64,000 nt of DNA from Bispira polyomma (lineage: Eukaryota): the NCBI GenBank assembly GCA_965649765.1, contig OZ287754.1:35836001-35900000 (forward strand), in the 5' to 3' direction. The translations under genes were made by a program, and so were the position numbers. Below the pieces are notes generated by a model that ran no database searches, had not been told where the DNA came from, and worked only from the letters and a program-made list of their open reading frames with translations. Each line of letters begins with the position of its first letter. The stretch's first letter is position 1. Below are positions 51,327 through 62,474 of this stretch, piece after piece.

Positions 51327-54300
51327 CTGAAAACACCAAGGTAGATTCATTGATATAACACCTCAAAAATAGAAACATCAACCAGTTTAGAACCAGTACA
51401 TTTACTACAGAAATCACTGAAGTTATTTTTATTATATGAGGCTTTCACTTAAAGAGCACACTATTAAGTAGCTGGAGTAGTGTGTATTTTATTTCATTTA
51501 GCCTGTACAGAAAATGAGCTTCTTTGGTTATGATATTACTTTGACTTTTGATTACAATACTGACTTTTGCATACGATTATCAGTACTTTGAGTGTGTGGA
51601 AGATTTAGTTCGACCTATATGGAACAGATTAGAAAATCATCAACTACATGTATAATCCCCTTATCTTTGACACATCAGGCTTTTCATTGGATAAACAGGT
51701 TCATGGTTAGTTCTCGTTCTACATGGCCAGCAATGTTGGCAGTATACAACTTGAGAGTGAGACAGTAATATCACTAAGTAAGACTCAATACCTCCCTGTG
51801 TTTGCTAATTTCAATTGATACATGAATCTTTATACAAACTGCTTGAGCTTAAGTTAGCACTATTGTATGCTTCAGCACTTCAATACCTAGCGATGTGACA
51901 TCTGCACTTGCCAGAACTTTACTAAGTACCAACATGTGCACTTACCAGAACTTAAGTAACTACCGATATGATATCTACATTTACCAGTATTTGAGTAAAA
52001 CTACCAATAAAACTTTTTGGCGATTCAAGTGTGCACGTATAATCAGGAGAAATACACACATGTGTAACTGATAGTAGAATAAAGGTCACAAAAGTCAAGG
52101 CTTTCTACGTCCATTTCAAAATTCATATTAACATGGTATATAAAGCACCATTGTAGGCAATAGTGGTTTCTATTAAAAGGTCTTGGTTAATAATTTTTCA
52201 CTCTGACCATTTTTTGGGGGAATAAAAACACCTTACAACAGTTACTTTATGAAAATATGGTTATGCTACTTGTCTTTAGTTATATTTCACCCTATTTTGC
52301 GGCCTTGGTAAGTTGTGAATCCCGAACCAAAACCGTCATCTTTTATACATGCACAGTTGAATGCCTGGTTTATATACTTTCTCTGTACTTACCAATAACG
52401 GCACTGACTATCAGCACTGTGGCAATGACCAGAATGACTATATACTCTGTAGTTACCAACAACTGCACTCACTATCAGCACTGCGGCTATGACAAGGATG
52501 ACTATATACTCTGTACTTACCAACAACTGCACTGACTACCAACACTGCGGCTATGACCAGGATGACTATATACTCTGTACTTACCAACAACTGCACTGAC
52601 TACTAGCACTGATGCTATGACTGTGACCAGGATGACTATATACTCTCTGTACTTACCAACAACTGCAATGACTATCAGCACTGCGGCTATGACCAGGAAG
52701 ACTATATACTCTCTGTACTTACCAACAACTGCACTGACTATCAGCACTGCTGCTATGACTATGACCAGGATGACTATCAGACTTATTGAGGCACTCTGCC
52801 AAGAACTTGTTTCTTCCCCTGTCTGTGCCTCAGCTGTGGGGTCTGATAGAATACAAATTATTGTCAGTAAGAATTTGAATTGAATTTGGATATTTAACGT
52901 CCACTCTAGTACCTGTTTAGGTTATATTAGGACGGGTAGTTGGAAACGCTGGAGGAAACACTGCATACAGTCGGTCAAGGTTCTGCACTGAAACCAGCAG
53001 CCCACAGTAAGGAACTACCACCTTTTCCACATAGGCATCGACGGGATTCAAACTCACGCCGCCCAGAGGTGAGAGACCAGTGATTGTGAAGTCCTATGCT
53101 TGCTAACCACTAGGCCACCGCTGCCCCATTATCAGTAAGAAGGGCCCTCTAATAGATTATCATGCCAATACCATGTCTATACTTTTGCATATTAATCTAA
53201 CTAGCAGGCCAGGGGGGCGGCTATTGGTAGTATAAGTTTTTATTTCACTTCCAAACAATGATAAACAAAAATGTATGATGTTTTATTTTGATGTAATAAA
53301 TTACAAATTTCAGTTATTTTAAGCTAGGTTGAGGTTCATGTGTACCTTTGACCAAAGTCAGCAGGATCTACATGTTATCTGATAATAATAATAATAATAA
53401 TAATAACATGATTTGGTTAGGGGAAACTGCACTGTAAAAAGTAAAAAATGCAATGCAATAACAAACATCAATGACTTACCATCTAAATGACAAAGGACAC
53501 CTGTAAATCCATCAAGACAGGCACAAGTGAAGCTGTCTCCATCCAGTACACAGGTAGCGCCATTTTGACAAGGACCAGAACTGCAGGGGCTGACCTCACA
53601 GTGCTGTCCAGAGTACCCAGCATTACAGGAACAGTTGTAACTGCCAACGTCTGTGGTAGTAACAGTAATTTACTAATCTATTATAATATCACTTTCAACA
53701 ACTGCGTATAATATCAAAACAGAAAGTTTAGTTGTGGATGATAATTTATTTTTAACAGTAAGTTTATTGGTAAAGGGTAGATGGTCAAGATTTCTGAACT
53801 GCATACCGCCGGCTTTCAGCAAATCTACAGCTGACTTTTCCACAAACATGCCTTGGACAAAATTCAAACAAACAATGGCAGAAGTGGGAGACAAGACTGT
53901 TACCTCTACACCATGGATGCAGTACATTGAAACCTAAGTTAACTTTTTATTGATTAATACAATTGTAAGAAGTAGTCTGATTGGCTAAAAGTAAGGAAAC
54001 TCTGCAAGATTCATTTGGGAATATGGCCCCAGGACAATGTTGAGCAGGTAGTTTCTTGATGGTGGTAACCAGCAGAGGTTAGTTGAATCATTTGTTTTAA
54101 TATAAACCACTGGGTTTACTGTCAAATTTGCCATATTTTCTAGGGTTGCGATACAAACTGCAGAGGTAGTAGGTGAGAGTGTTTACCCGACACCAGCCAT
54201 GCGCTTCACTTTAGTAATAAATAATGCAAACATATTTCACTTGACACTTACTGTCTAAGATGTTGCATGTACCAGACTCCATTTCTAAGTAGGCACATGG

Positions 54301-57300
54301 GTTAGGTAGACAAGGATTATCCAGCTGACATGTATCGCCTGTGTTAGCCACTGGACACATACAGGTTCCCGTGACATCAACACATGTCCCATTGTTTCTA
54401 CATACTACATTCTGAAATGCATACATCTTTATTACAGTGTGGGATAATGCAACAGTTACAATTCAATTTCACACAATTGTAGGATACATTATTTTCCCAC
54501 TGCAACACATTGGATACTTTTATTGTAAAACATTTTAATTGGATAATTATTCAATCATAAACTTTGGTGGAGATATCAGTTGTAACATAATTGTTGCTCC
54601 AGCCATCTTGGTTTTGTCCCACTAGAATAAGATGTTGTCTCTATCCTTAGTTTGTTGTCTTATTTTTACCTGGGTCTGACACTTGTGTTCAAATGAGCAG
54701 TCTGTGAGAGAGAAGCCTGCAGTACAGTTACACAGGTACATGTTGACCTGGTCCTCACACACTCCACCATTCTGACACGGGTTGGAGGCACATTCATCAA
54801 TGTCATTTTCACAGTAAATCCCATCATATCTAGGAAGCACATGTAACAATAGTACAAAACATGGTTTTATAGAGTGATATGTTTTGAAACCCGACTTTTT
54901 TATTAGCATCCAAGATGTGTCGAGAAGGACCATCTTAAAAGCTTATGCCCAGAGGAATTTGGTCATGATTATTATTATTTTCCTGACTTTGAAGAACAAA
55001 TAAAAAGCAATTGTTTTTGATATAATTTTATATCATATGTTAATGACAGTTATTGGAGACCGATGATTATTGATTATTTAGAACATGCCCAAGGATGTTA
55101 TCCCCCAATGACTAATGTAACATTACCATGAGTCAAAGGGGGCCGCGGTGGCCTAGTGGTTAGCAAGCATTGCGCTTCACAATCACTGGTCTCTCACCTC
55201 TGGGCAGTGTGAGTTCAAATCCGTCGATGCCTATGTGGGAAAGGTGGTAGTTCCTTACTGTGGGCCACTGGTTTCAGTGCAGAACCTTGACTGACTGTAT
55301 GCAGTGTTTCCTCCAGCGTTTTCAACTACCCGTCCCAATATAACCTACTAAAAGGTACTAGAGTGGACGTTAAATATCAGAAATCAAAAACCATGAGTCA
55401 AAGTGGGGACCCTTGATCACCAGACCAACTACCTGACCATGCACTTGCTATGGGGTACCACAACAATTGTCTTGTTTTTAAATCAAGTAAATATATAGTA
55501 AATTTAAGACTCACCCATCTCCACAGTCACACTGAAATTCACCAGACTGTGTGGTGTTTCTACATGTCCCTGCATTCTGACAGATCACAGCTTCAGTTAC
55601 ACACCCATTATTATATTCACAGTTATCCTCCCAGTAACCTGAATAAGTAGCAAACTAGTATACATTAAATCTCCCTACTGGTTATCCAAAAAAACATGGA
55701 CTTGTATTCTCAAACACTACTACCAGACATTAAAACGTGTATTTTACAGCATAAACTACCAGACATTAAAACCCTCCTATGGTAATCCCAATGGATCAGG
55801 ATGTGTATTCTCTAGCATAAACCATCAGACATTAAAACCCTCTGATGGTAATCCCAATGTACCAGCATGTAAATTCTCTAGTATAAACTACCAGACATTA
55901 AAACCCCCTGATGGTAATCCCAATGGACCAAGACGTGTATTCTCTAGCATAAACCATCAGACATTAAAACCCTCTGATGGTAATCCCAATGGACCAGCAT
56001 GTATATTTTCTAGTATAAACTACCAGACATTAAAACCCCCTGATGGTAATCCCAATGGACCAGGACGTGTATTCTCTAGTATAAGCTACCAGACATTAAA
56101 ACCCTCCGATGGTAATCCCAATGGACCAGTATGTGTATTTTCTAGTATAAACCATCAGACATTAAAACCCTCTGATGGTAATGCACCAGGACGTGTATTC
56201 TCTAGTATAAGCTACCAGACATTAAAACCCTCTGATGGTAATCCCAATGTACCAGCATGTGTATTTTCTAGTATAAACTACCAGACATTAAAACCCCCGG
56301 ATGGTAACCCCAATGGACCAGGACGTGTATTCTCTAGCATAAACCATCAGACATTAAAACCCCCTGATGGTAACCCCAATGGACCAGGACGTGTATTCTC
56401 TAGCATAAACCATCAGACATTAAGACCATCTGATGGTAACCCCAATAGACCAGGACGTGTATTCTCCAACTAAGGCTCAGACTCAAAGAAAATGAAGGCT
56501 ATTTTTGTATATAAAATATCCTCTACTTATGACCATTTATTTTAGAGAAGTTTCCAGTGGTAAATTCAAAGATACTGTCAGCTTTTACCTAAAGCTCACT
56601 TTAGCTAGAGACATGAGGGTCTAAGATCTAAGTTTAAGTCTGAGTTTGGAAAGTTTTGAGAATACAGCCACTGAAGGAAGACATGCTTAGAATTGAGATT
56701 GTGATTTTACTGGGTAAATTTTATCAAATAAGGTTTTCTGATCATAAAGTTTATCCTACATGAAGCAATTTGATTCAGCAGAGTTCTGAATAAATGTCGA
56801 ACTAATCAGGCTTAAGGAGGAAACAGGGTGTGGGCAAGGAAGAAGTCCGTAATTTTGTTTATTTTTGGTACTGTGGCGGAGGAATGCACTCTACTGAGAA
56901 CCCTTCTGGTAGATTCTTTCTTACCTTCGACACAAGCACACACATGGTTTCCTGTGTTCTCCAGGTCAAGGTCACCACAAGTGCCCCCATGTTGACATGG
57001 CTCAGGAGAACAGTCATCATACAATTCACAGTGTGTACCTGAAAGTGGGTATAAAATAAACATAATAAACACAACTGTATCAAGGTTCTGTGCTAATTGT
57101 GTAACATACAATGCAAACAGTCCACAACATATTACTATAATAAATGCTCTCCTTGCTCCTAGCTAACATCCCATGTATAAAGGCTCTGTGATAATTGTGT
57201 AACATACAATACAAACAGTCCACAACATGTTACTATAATAAATGCTCTCCTTGCCCATTATACTCTCAAAAGTCTGTGTAAATAGAAAGCCAGGTAACAT

Positions 57301-60300
57301 CCCATGTTTGTCCCGACGGCTGTGATCAGGTGACAGCTTTAAGTTCTGCCATTAATGAGCTTAACCAAAATTCTGAGTTAAGGATTCTTTATAACGACCA
57401 TACCAGGTTATTTCTCGGGAAACAGCCTTGGGATAACTATTAATCTTGAGGACTTCCGAATCAATAGCAAGAGTTCGTTGAGTGCTAATATGAGATACTT
57501 GGTAACATAAACATTATCAGTGTAAAACTTCTGCTATATTAACAATTTAAAATATCTCAAGACAATCTAAAAAGCAGTGCGACAGTAATCTGAAACAAAA
57601 AAAAAGAGCAGACAAGGTTATATAAAAGGTTATATAAAAGTAAAACAGTTGGGATAATGTATTTGATTAATATTACTACTAAATTTGTCCTATATTGTAT
57701 AATGATTTAGTAGATTATATATTTTATAATAATATGAAATACTATAAAATATTGATATAAAATCATGTAGATTCTAATATACAGTCATATGGCTGTTTAC
57801 AATGTACCCATACAATCCTTGATATTACTATTAAAGTGCAATGCTAAACCAAGCTCTTACTATTCCAGATATTATGACATGTAATTGATTTATATAGTAC
57901 ACACCCTTTATATATTATGTACATCTGAAATTGGTACATCAATATCAGCAATAAACAGTGGTGGTGATAAAACTCATCCTGCTGATACTTAAACTATATG
58001 GAAATAACATTTCAGTGTATAATCATAGACGGTTTATTCTTACAATTATATGTCATAATGTGTTCATTAGTTTTTAAAACCAATCGAGTGATACGTATAT
58101 TAGTCATTAATGATGTGTAAGTAATTGTAGTAATTACTAATTCTCTTTTTCAAAAAGTTTTTTTTTAAAAAGATCTTTTAACCCATGCTTTTACTTAGAT
58201 ATCACATACACAACTAAAATATATACTGACCTCGAATCCTACTTATATACATCTCCTTCTTCCTGAGCCTAATCCACACACACTGCCTTACCTTTTAGTA
58301 GAGGGGGCCGCGGTGGCCTAGTGGTTAGCAAGCATTGCGCTTCACAATCACTGGTCTCTCACCTCTGGGCGGCGTGAGTTCGAATCCTGTCGATGCCTAT
58401 GTGGGAAAGGTGGTTGTTCCTTACTGTGGGCCGCTGGTTTCAGTGCAGAACCTTGATCAACTGTATGCAGTGTTTCCTTCTGCGTTTCCAACTACCTGTC
58501 CTAATATAACCTCAACAGGTACTAGAGTGGACGATAAATATCCAAATTAAAAAAAAAAAAAAAACCTTTTAGTAGAGCGTTCAGGAAAAACTCAAATATA
58601 GAGTTTAATTTTATGAATCTAAATTGTAGACAAGACACAACAGGACACATTTCGAGATAATCGTGAGTTTGAGACTATTGATAAATATAGCCCAGATTTT
58701 CCATGGATCCGGTTTTGTGTACTGGCTATATAACTAATTACATCTTGTCTTAGAAGCTGCTAGTATGGGGATGGAGCTTCAGATAATCTGTTATATTAGA
58801 TTATGACCATAGCCACAGTATTATGAGCTGGTACTTACCATTGTAGCCAAATGAACAGGTACAATTGTACTCATTCACAAAATCATTGCAGGTAGCATCA
58901 TTCTGACAAGGTCCAGAGGCACACTCATCAAAGTCAGTGGAGCAATTCTTGTCTGTAAGAAGACCCTTTGTACATTTCTTATTTGTACTTTTGTTCGTTA
59001 AATGATATCAAAAAGTAATGTTATAACTATAACGGAGAGACAAACTTATATCCTGGCACGGCATGTGGAGCTCCAGGTGATAAAAACCTAGGAAGTAACT
59101 GAAATAAATACTGGTACAGTGAGAAATGTCAATATGTGTAGGTTTATAGTCTGATTTCACCTCTATTGAGGTCACAGTCGACTTAACAGTTTACATCCTC
59201 AGCCTAGGTTCTTCCAATCATCAACCAATTGTTCAGTTTTAGCTCTCTCGTGAAGCATACTAGCCGCAGTAGAGAGGGACAACTTTGTCTAAAGCACCTT
59301 GTCCAAGGGTACAATCTCCAGGCCTTTAGCGAGGATTTAACCGGGGCTCTGAGATCACTTAGATCCAAAGTCATATACTCTAACCACTAGGCCACAGAGA
59401 CCATGAATATATACATATAACATGGGACGGATTGCAAATAGCAAGAAAGCCTTGCAAAACGTGAATAACATACTTGGCATCAAAGATATAAGACCGAAAT
59501 ACAAAATGGTTTTTCATTTGAATTCTCATTATCTCAATTTATGATGCACAGAGCAAATTTATTAGAATATCTGTTAGCGGAGAAAGATATACAGTACATC
59601 CAAAAACATTCCAGATGACCACTTTTTGTAGTTAATATCTTAGTTAATATCTAATACCTTTAGCATTGTAAGTGCAGAAACATAATGGAGTTTGTCTTAA
59701 TTATTAAACAGTTTGGACTTTTATCAATGGGAGTGAAGGACAAAGAAACCTTGCTCATATATGGTTGTGTGGTCATATGTACACTGGTTCAAACAAGTAC
59801 TCATTAATTACTGAACAGATTTTGTCAATAATTACTGAATATCAAATTATATATCTCTGCATTGCTCAGGTCATAAATTGTCATGCCAATGCTTTGTACA
59901 CAAATATGTACAACACATAAACAGTGACCAACATGTAGTAGACACAGACTTAGTAAAAATCTAACATGAGACCACCTGAATGAACAATTATACTACAAAT
60001 TCTATTATCCAGCCTTCTAATATAGGAATATTTGAATCTTATGGACTTAATTTTATTCCTCAAACTCATGTTTTTCTGTTTGATACTCAAATATGTCTTA
60101 TATTTCATGAACAGTTACTTATTTGAACCGATATTTAATAATAGTGGTTCTACCATGTCTTTATATAAATCCTACCTTAAGTACCCCCAAATTGTCTATA
60201 AGTGTCATTTTTTGACACCTGTCGAGACAATCTTGCTGATTGAGTTTTAAAACAATAGAACCTGTATTATCTAAACTTGTACAATCTGAATAGTAAATTT

Positions 60301-62474
60301 CATGGAATCAATATCACTCTGCCATATTTATAGTTTTTATTGTTTTATGCTAAAATGTTTACATGAAATCTTCAATTTGATGAACATTCCATTGTTCAAA
60401 CAACTGATCACTCTCCTGTTTGAATAATAGAGGTTGTAGTCTTACCGATAAAACCAGGAATACAGGTACAGTTGTAGTCATTGATGAGGTCAGTACAAGC
60501 AGCATTGTTGTCACACGGCTCAGGCTCACACTCGTCTATATCTGTCTCACAGTACTGGTCGGTAAATCTAAAACATAGGTTTACACTGGTCGGTAAATCT
60601 AAAACATAGGTTTACACTGGTCGGTAAATCAAAAACATAGGTTTACACTGGTCGGTAAATCTAAAACATAGGTTTACACTGGTCCGTGAATCTAAAACAT
60701 AGGTTTACACTGGTCAGTCAATCTAAAATACATGCTCACACTGGTCCGTGAATCTAAAACATAGGTTTACACTGGTCAGTCAATCTAAAATACATGCTCA
60801 CACTGGTTTGTAAATCTAAAACATAGGTTTACACTGGTCAGTCAATCTATAACACAGGCTCACACTGGTCAGTAAATCTAAAACACAGGTTCACACTGGT
60901 CAGTAAATCTAAAGTACAGACCACCTCTGAACAAAGACATGTCTATATTCAGTAGTACTTAAGCTGGTACACATTCAGTGTGATACATACCCTGCTACAC
61001 ATTCATACTGTAGTCCATACCCTGGTACACATTCAGTGTGATACATACCCTGGTACACATTCAGTGTGATACATACTCTGGTACACATTCAGTGTAGTAC
61101 ATACCATGGTACACATTCAGTGTAGTACATACGCTGGTACACATTCAGTGTAGTATATACCCTAGTACACATTCAGTGTAGTACATACCCTGGTACACAT
61201 TCAGTGTAGTACATACCATGGTACACATTTAGTTAGTACATAACATGGTACACATTTAGTGTAGTACATACCATGGTACACATTCAGTGTAGTACATACC
61301 ATGGTACACGTTTAGTTAGTACATACCATGGTACACATTCAGTGTGATACATACCCTGCTACACATTCAGTGTAGTACATACCCTGGTACACATTCAGTG
61401 TAGTACATACCCTGGTACACATTCAGTGTGATACATACCATGATACACATTTAGTTAGTACATACCATGGTACACATTTAGTGTAGTACATACCATGGTA
61501 CACATTCAGTGTAGTACATACCATGGTACACATTCAGTGTAGTACATACCCTGGTACACATTCAGTGTGATAATACCATGGTACACATTCAGTGTAGTAC
61601 ATACCCTGGTACACATTCAGTGTAGTACATACCATGGTACACATTTAGTTAGTACATACCATGGTACACATTTAGTGTAATACATACCATGGTACACATC
61701 TAGTGTAGTACATACCCTGGTACACATTCAGTGTAGTACATACCATGGTACACATTTAGTTAGTACATACCTTGGTACACATTCAGTGTGATAATACCAT
61801 GGTACACATTCAGTGTAGTACATACCCTGGTACACATTTAGTGTAATACATACTCTGGTACACATTCAGTGTAGTACATACCCTGGAACACATTCAGTGT
61901 AGTACATACCCTGGTACACATCTAGTGTAGTACATACCATGGTACACATTCAGTGTAGTACATACCCTGGTACACATTCAGTGTGATACATACCCTGGTA
62001 CACATTTAGTTAGTACATACCCTGGTACACATTCAGTGTAGTACATACCCTGGTACACATTTAGTGTAATACATACCCTGGTACACATTCAGTGTGATAC
62101 ATACCATGGTACACATACAGTGTATTACATACCCTGGTACACATTCAGTGTGATACATACCATGGTACACATACAGTGTAGTACATACCCTGGTACACAT
62201 ACAGTGTAATACATACCCTGGTACACATTCAGTGTGGTACATACCATGGTACACATACAGTGTAGTACATACCCTGGTACCCATTCAGTGTGATACATAC
62301 CATGGTACACATACAGTGTAGTACATACCCTGGTACACATACAGTGTAGTACATACCCTGGTACACATTCACATTCCCAGTCCCCCTCCAAATCCACACA
62401 GGTGCCGCCGTTCTGACACGTCACATTCTGTGTGATACATTCTTGCTCATTGGAACAGTTTTTCCCAATAAATC
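50959..62474 (-). CDS. Multi-EGF single-pass transmembrane protein (Notch/Crumbs/fibropellin-type EGF repeats); last 10 exons, ~523 aa, 5' end outside window
   Basis: Exons 62357-62474, 60446-60567, 58839-58952, 56925-57038, 55515-55638, 54670-54829, 54252-54411, 53480-53650, 52723-52842 and 50959-51326. All GT-AG and phase-consistent, giving 9 complete EGF domains, [24 protein letters not shown], basic stop-transfer YKYKNRHNK, and a tail ending AIESHA*. Confidence 0.92.
52375..52780 (-). repeat. 64-72-bp tandem array made of TM-exon 3' end + donor site, 6 copies
   Basis: ...GTT(G/A)TTG|GTAA(G/C)TACAGAG at 52723, 52657, 52585, 52521, 52457 and 52393. Confidence 0.93.
52723..52842 (-). CDS. 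EGF-TM gene transmembrane exon
   Basis: TATCAG|AC...[41 protein letters not shown]|GTAAGT, phase 1-1. Confidence 0.88.
52874..53127 (-). mobile_element. SINE family A, copy 5 (intronic, ~30 nt upstream of TM-exon acceptor)
   Basis: Full length; TSD ATT(G/A)TCAGTAAGAA. Confidence 0.95.
53480..53650 (-). CDS. EGF exon
   Basis: [57 protein letters not shown]; CAG| and |GTAAGT. Confidence 0.93.
54252..54411 (-). CDS. EGF exon
   Basis: [53 protein letters not shown]; TTTCAG| and |GTAAGT. Confidence 0.93.
54670..54829 (-). CDS. Calcium-binding EGF exon
   Basis: [53 protein letters not shown]; TAG| and |GTAAAA. Confidence 0.94.
55138..55389 (+). mobile_element. SINE family A, copy 6
   Basis: Full length; perfect TSD ACCATGAGTCAAA (55125-55137, 55390-55402). 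Confidence 0.95.
55515..55638 (-). CDS. EGF exon
   Basis: [42 protein letters not shown]; CAG| and |GTGAGT. Confidence 0.92.
55700..56468. repeat. 66-bp intronic minisatellite, ~11 copies
   Basis: Unit AAACTACCAGACATTAAAACCCCCTGATGGTAATCCCAATGGACCAGGACGTGTATTCTCTAGTAT. Confidence 0.95.
56453..56669. mobile_element. Small TIR element (MITE) abutting the 66-bp array
   Basis: Left TGTATTCTC..AACT...CTCAGACTCAAA versus reverse complement of right end TGTATTCTCAAAACT...CTCAGACTTAAA. Confidence 0.55.
56925..57038 (-). CDS. EGF exon
   Basis: [38 protein letters not shown]; TTTCAG| and |GTAAG; 114 nt, phase 1-1. Confidence 0.93.
57082..57255. repeat. ~98-bp tandem duplication just upstream of an acceptor
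   Basis: AAGG(T/C)TCTGTG..AATTGTGTAACATACAAT...AAATGCTCTCCTTGC twice. Confidence 0.85.
58303..58563 (+). mobile_element. SINE family A, copy 7 (poly-A tail)
   Basis: Full length with perfect B box GAGTTCGAATCC; ~A15 tail; TSD ACCTTTTAGTAGAG. Confidence 0.96.
58839..58952 (-). CDS. Calcium-binding EGF exon
   Basis: [38 protein letters not shown]; CAG| and |GTAAGT; 114 nt. Confidence 0.94.
59150..59400 (-). mobile_element. SINE family B, copy 3
   Basis: Shares CAACCAATT.TTCAGTTT.AGCT...GAGAGGGACAACTTTGT...CCTTGTCCAAGGGTACAATC with 19905-20040; head TGGCCTAGTGGTTAGAGT. Confidence 0.8.
60446..60567 (-). CDS. Calcium-binding EGF exon
   Basis: [40 protein letters not shown]; TTTTAG| and |GTAAG; phase 2-1. 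Confidence 0.94.
60555..60912 (-). repeat. 31-bp array of the splice-acceptor junction, ~11.5 copies
   Basis: Sense unit GTGTAAACCTATGTTTTAG|ATTTACCGACCA; the last copy is the real acceptor. Confidence 0.95.
60963..62370 (-). repeat. 28-bp array of the splice-donor junction, ~50 copies
   Basis: Sense unit GAATGTGTACCAGG|GTATGTACTACACT; the first copy is the real donor. Confidence 0.96.
62357..62474 (-). CDS. EGF exon (most 5' exon found in window)
   Basis: [40 protein letters not shown]; TTTTACAG| and GG|GTATGT; phase 1-2. Confidence 0.93.

Noticed and set aside
51327-51417. N-terminal part of ORF 50959..51417 as a signal or TM segment
   Set aside because: It is intron read-through; the phase-compatible acceptor is at 51326.
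58303-58390. tRNA gene call for SINE heads
   Set aside because: A and B boxes are present, but each head continues into a shared ~180-bp body with a tail and TSD; no complete cloverleaf.
50959-62474. Gene symbols Notch, crumbs or Delta
   Set aside because: No LNR/ankyrin, no ERLI end, and the diagnostic N-terminal domains are outside the window.
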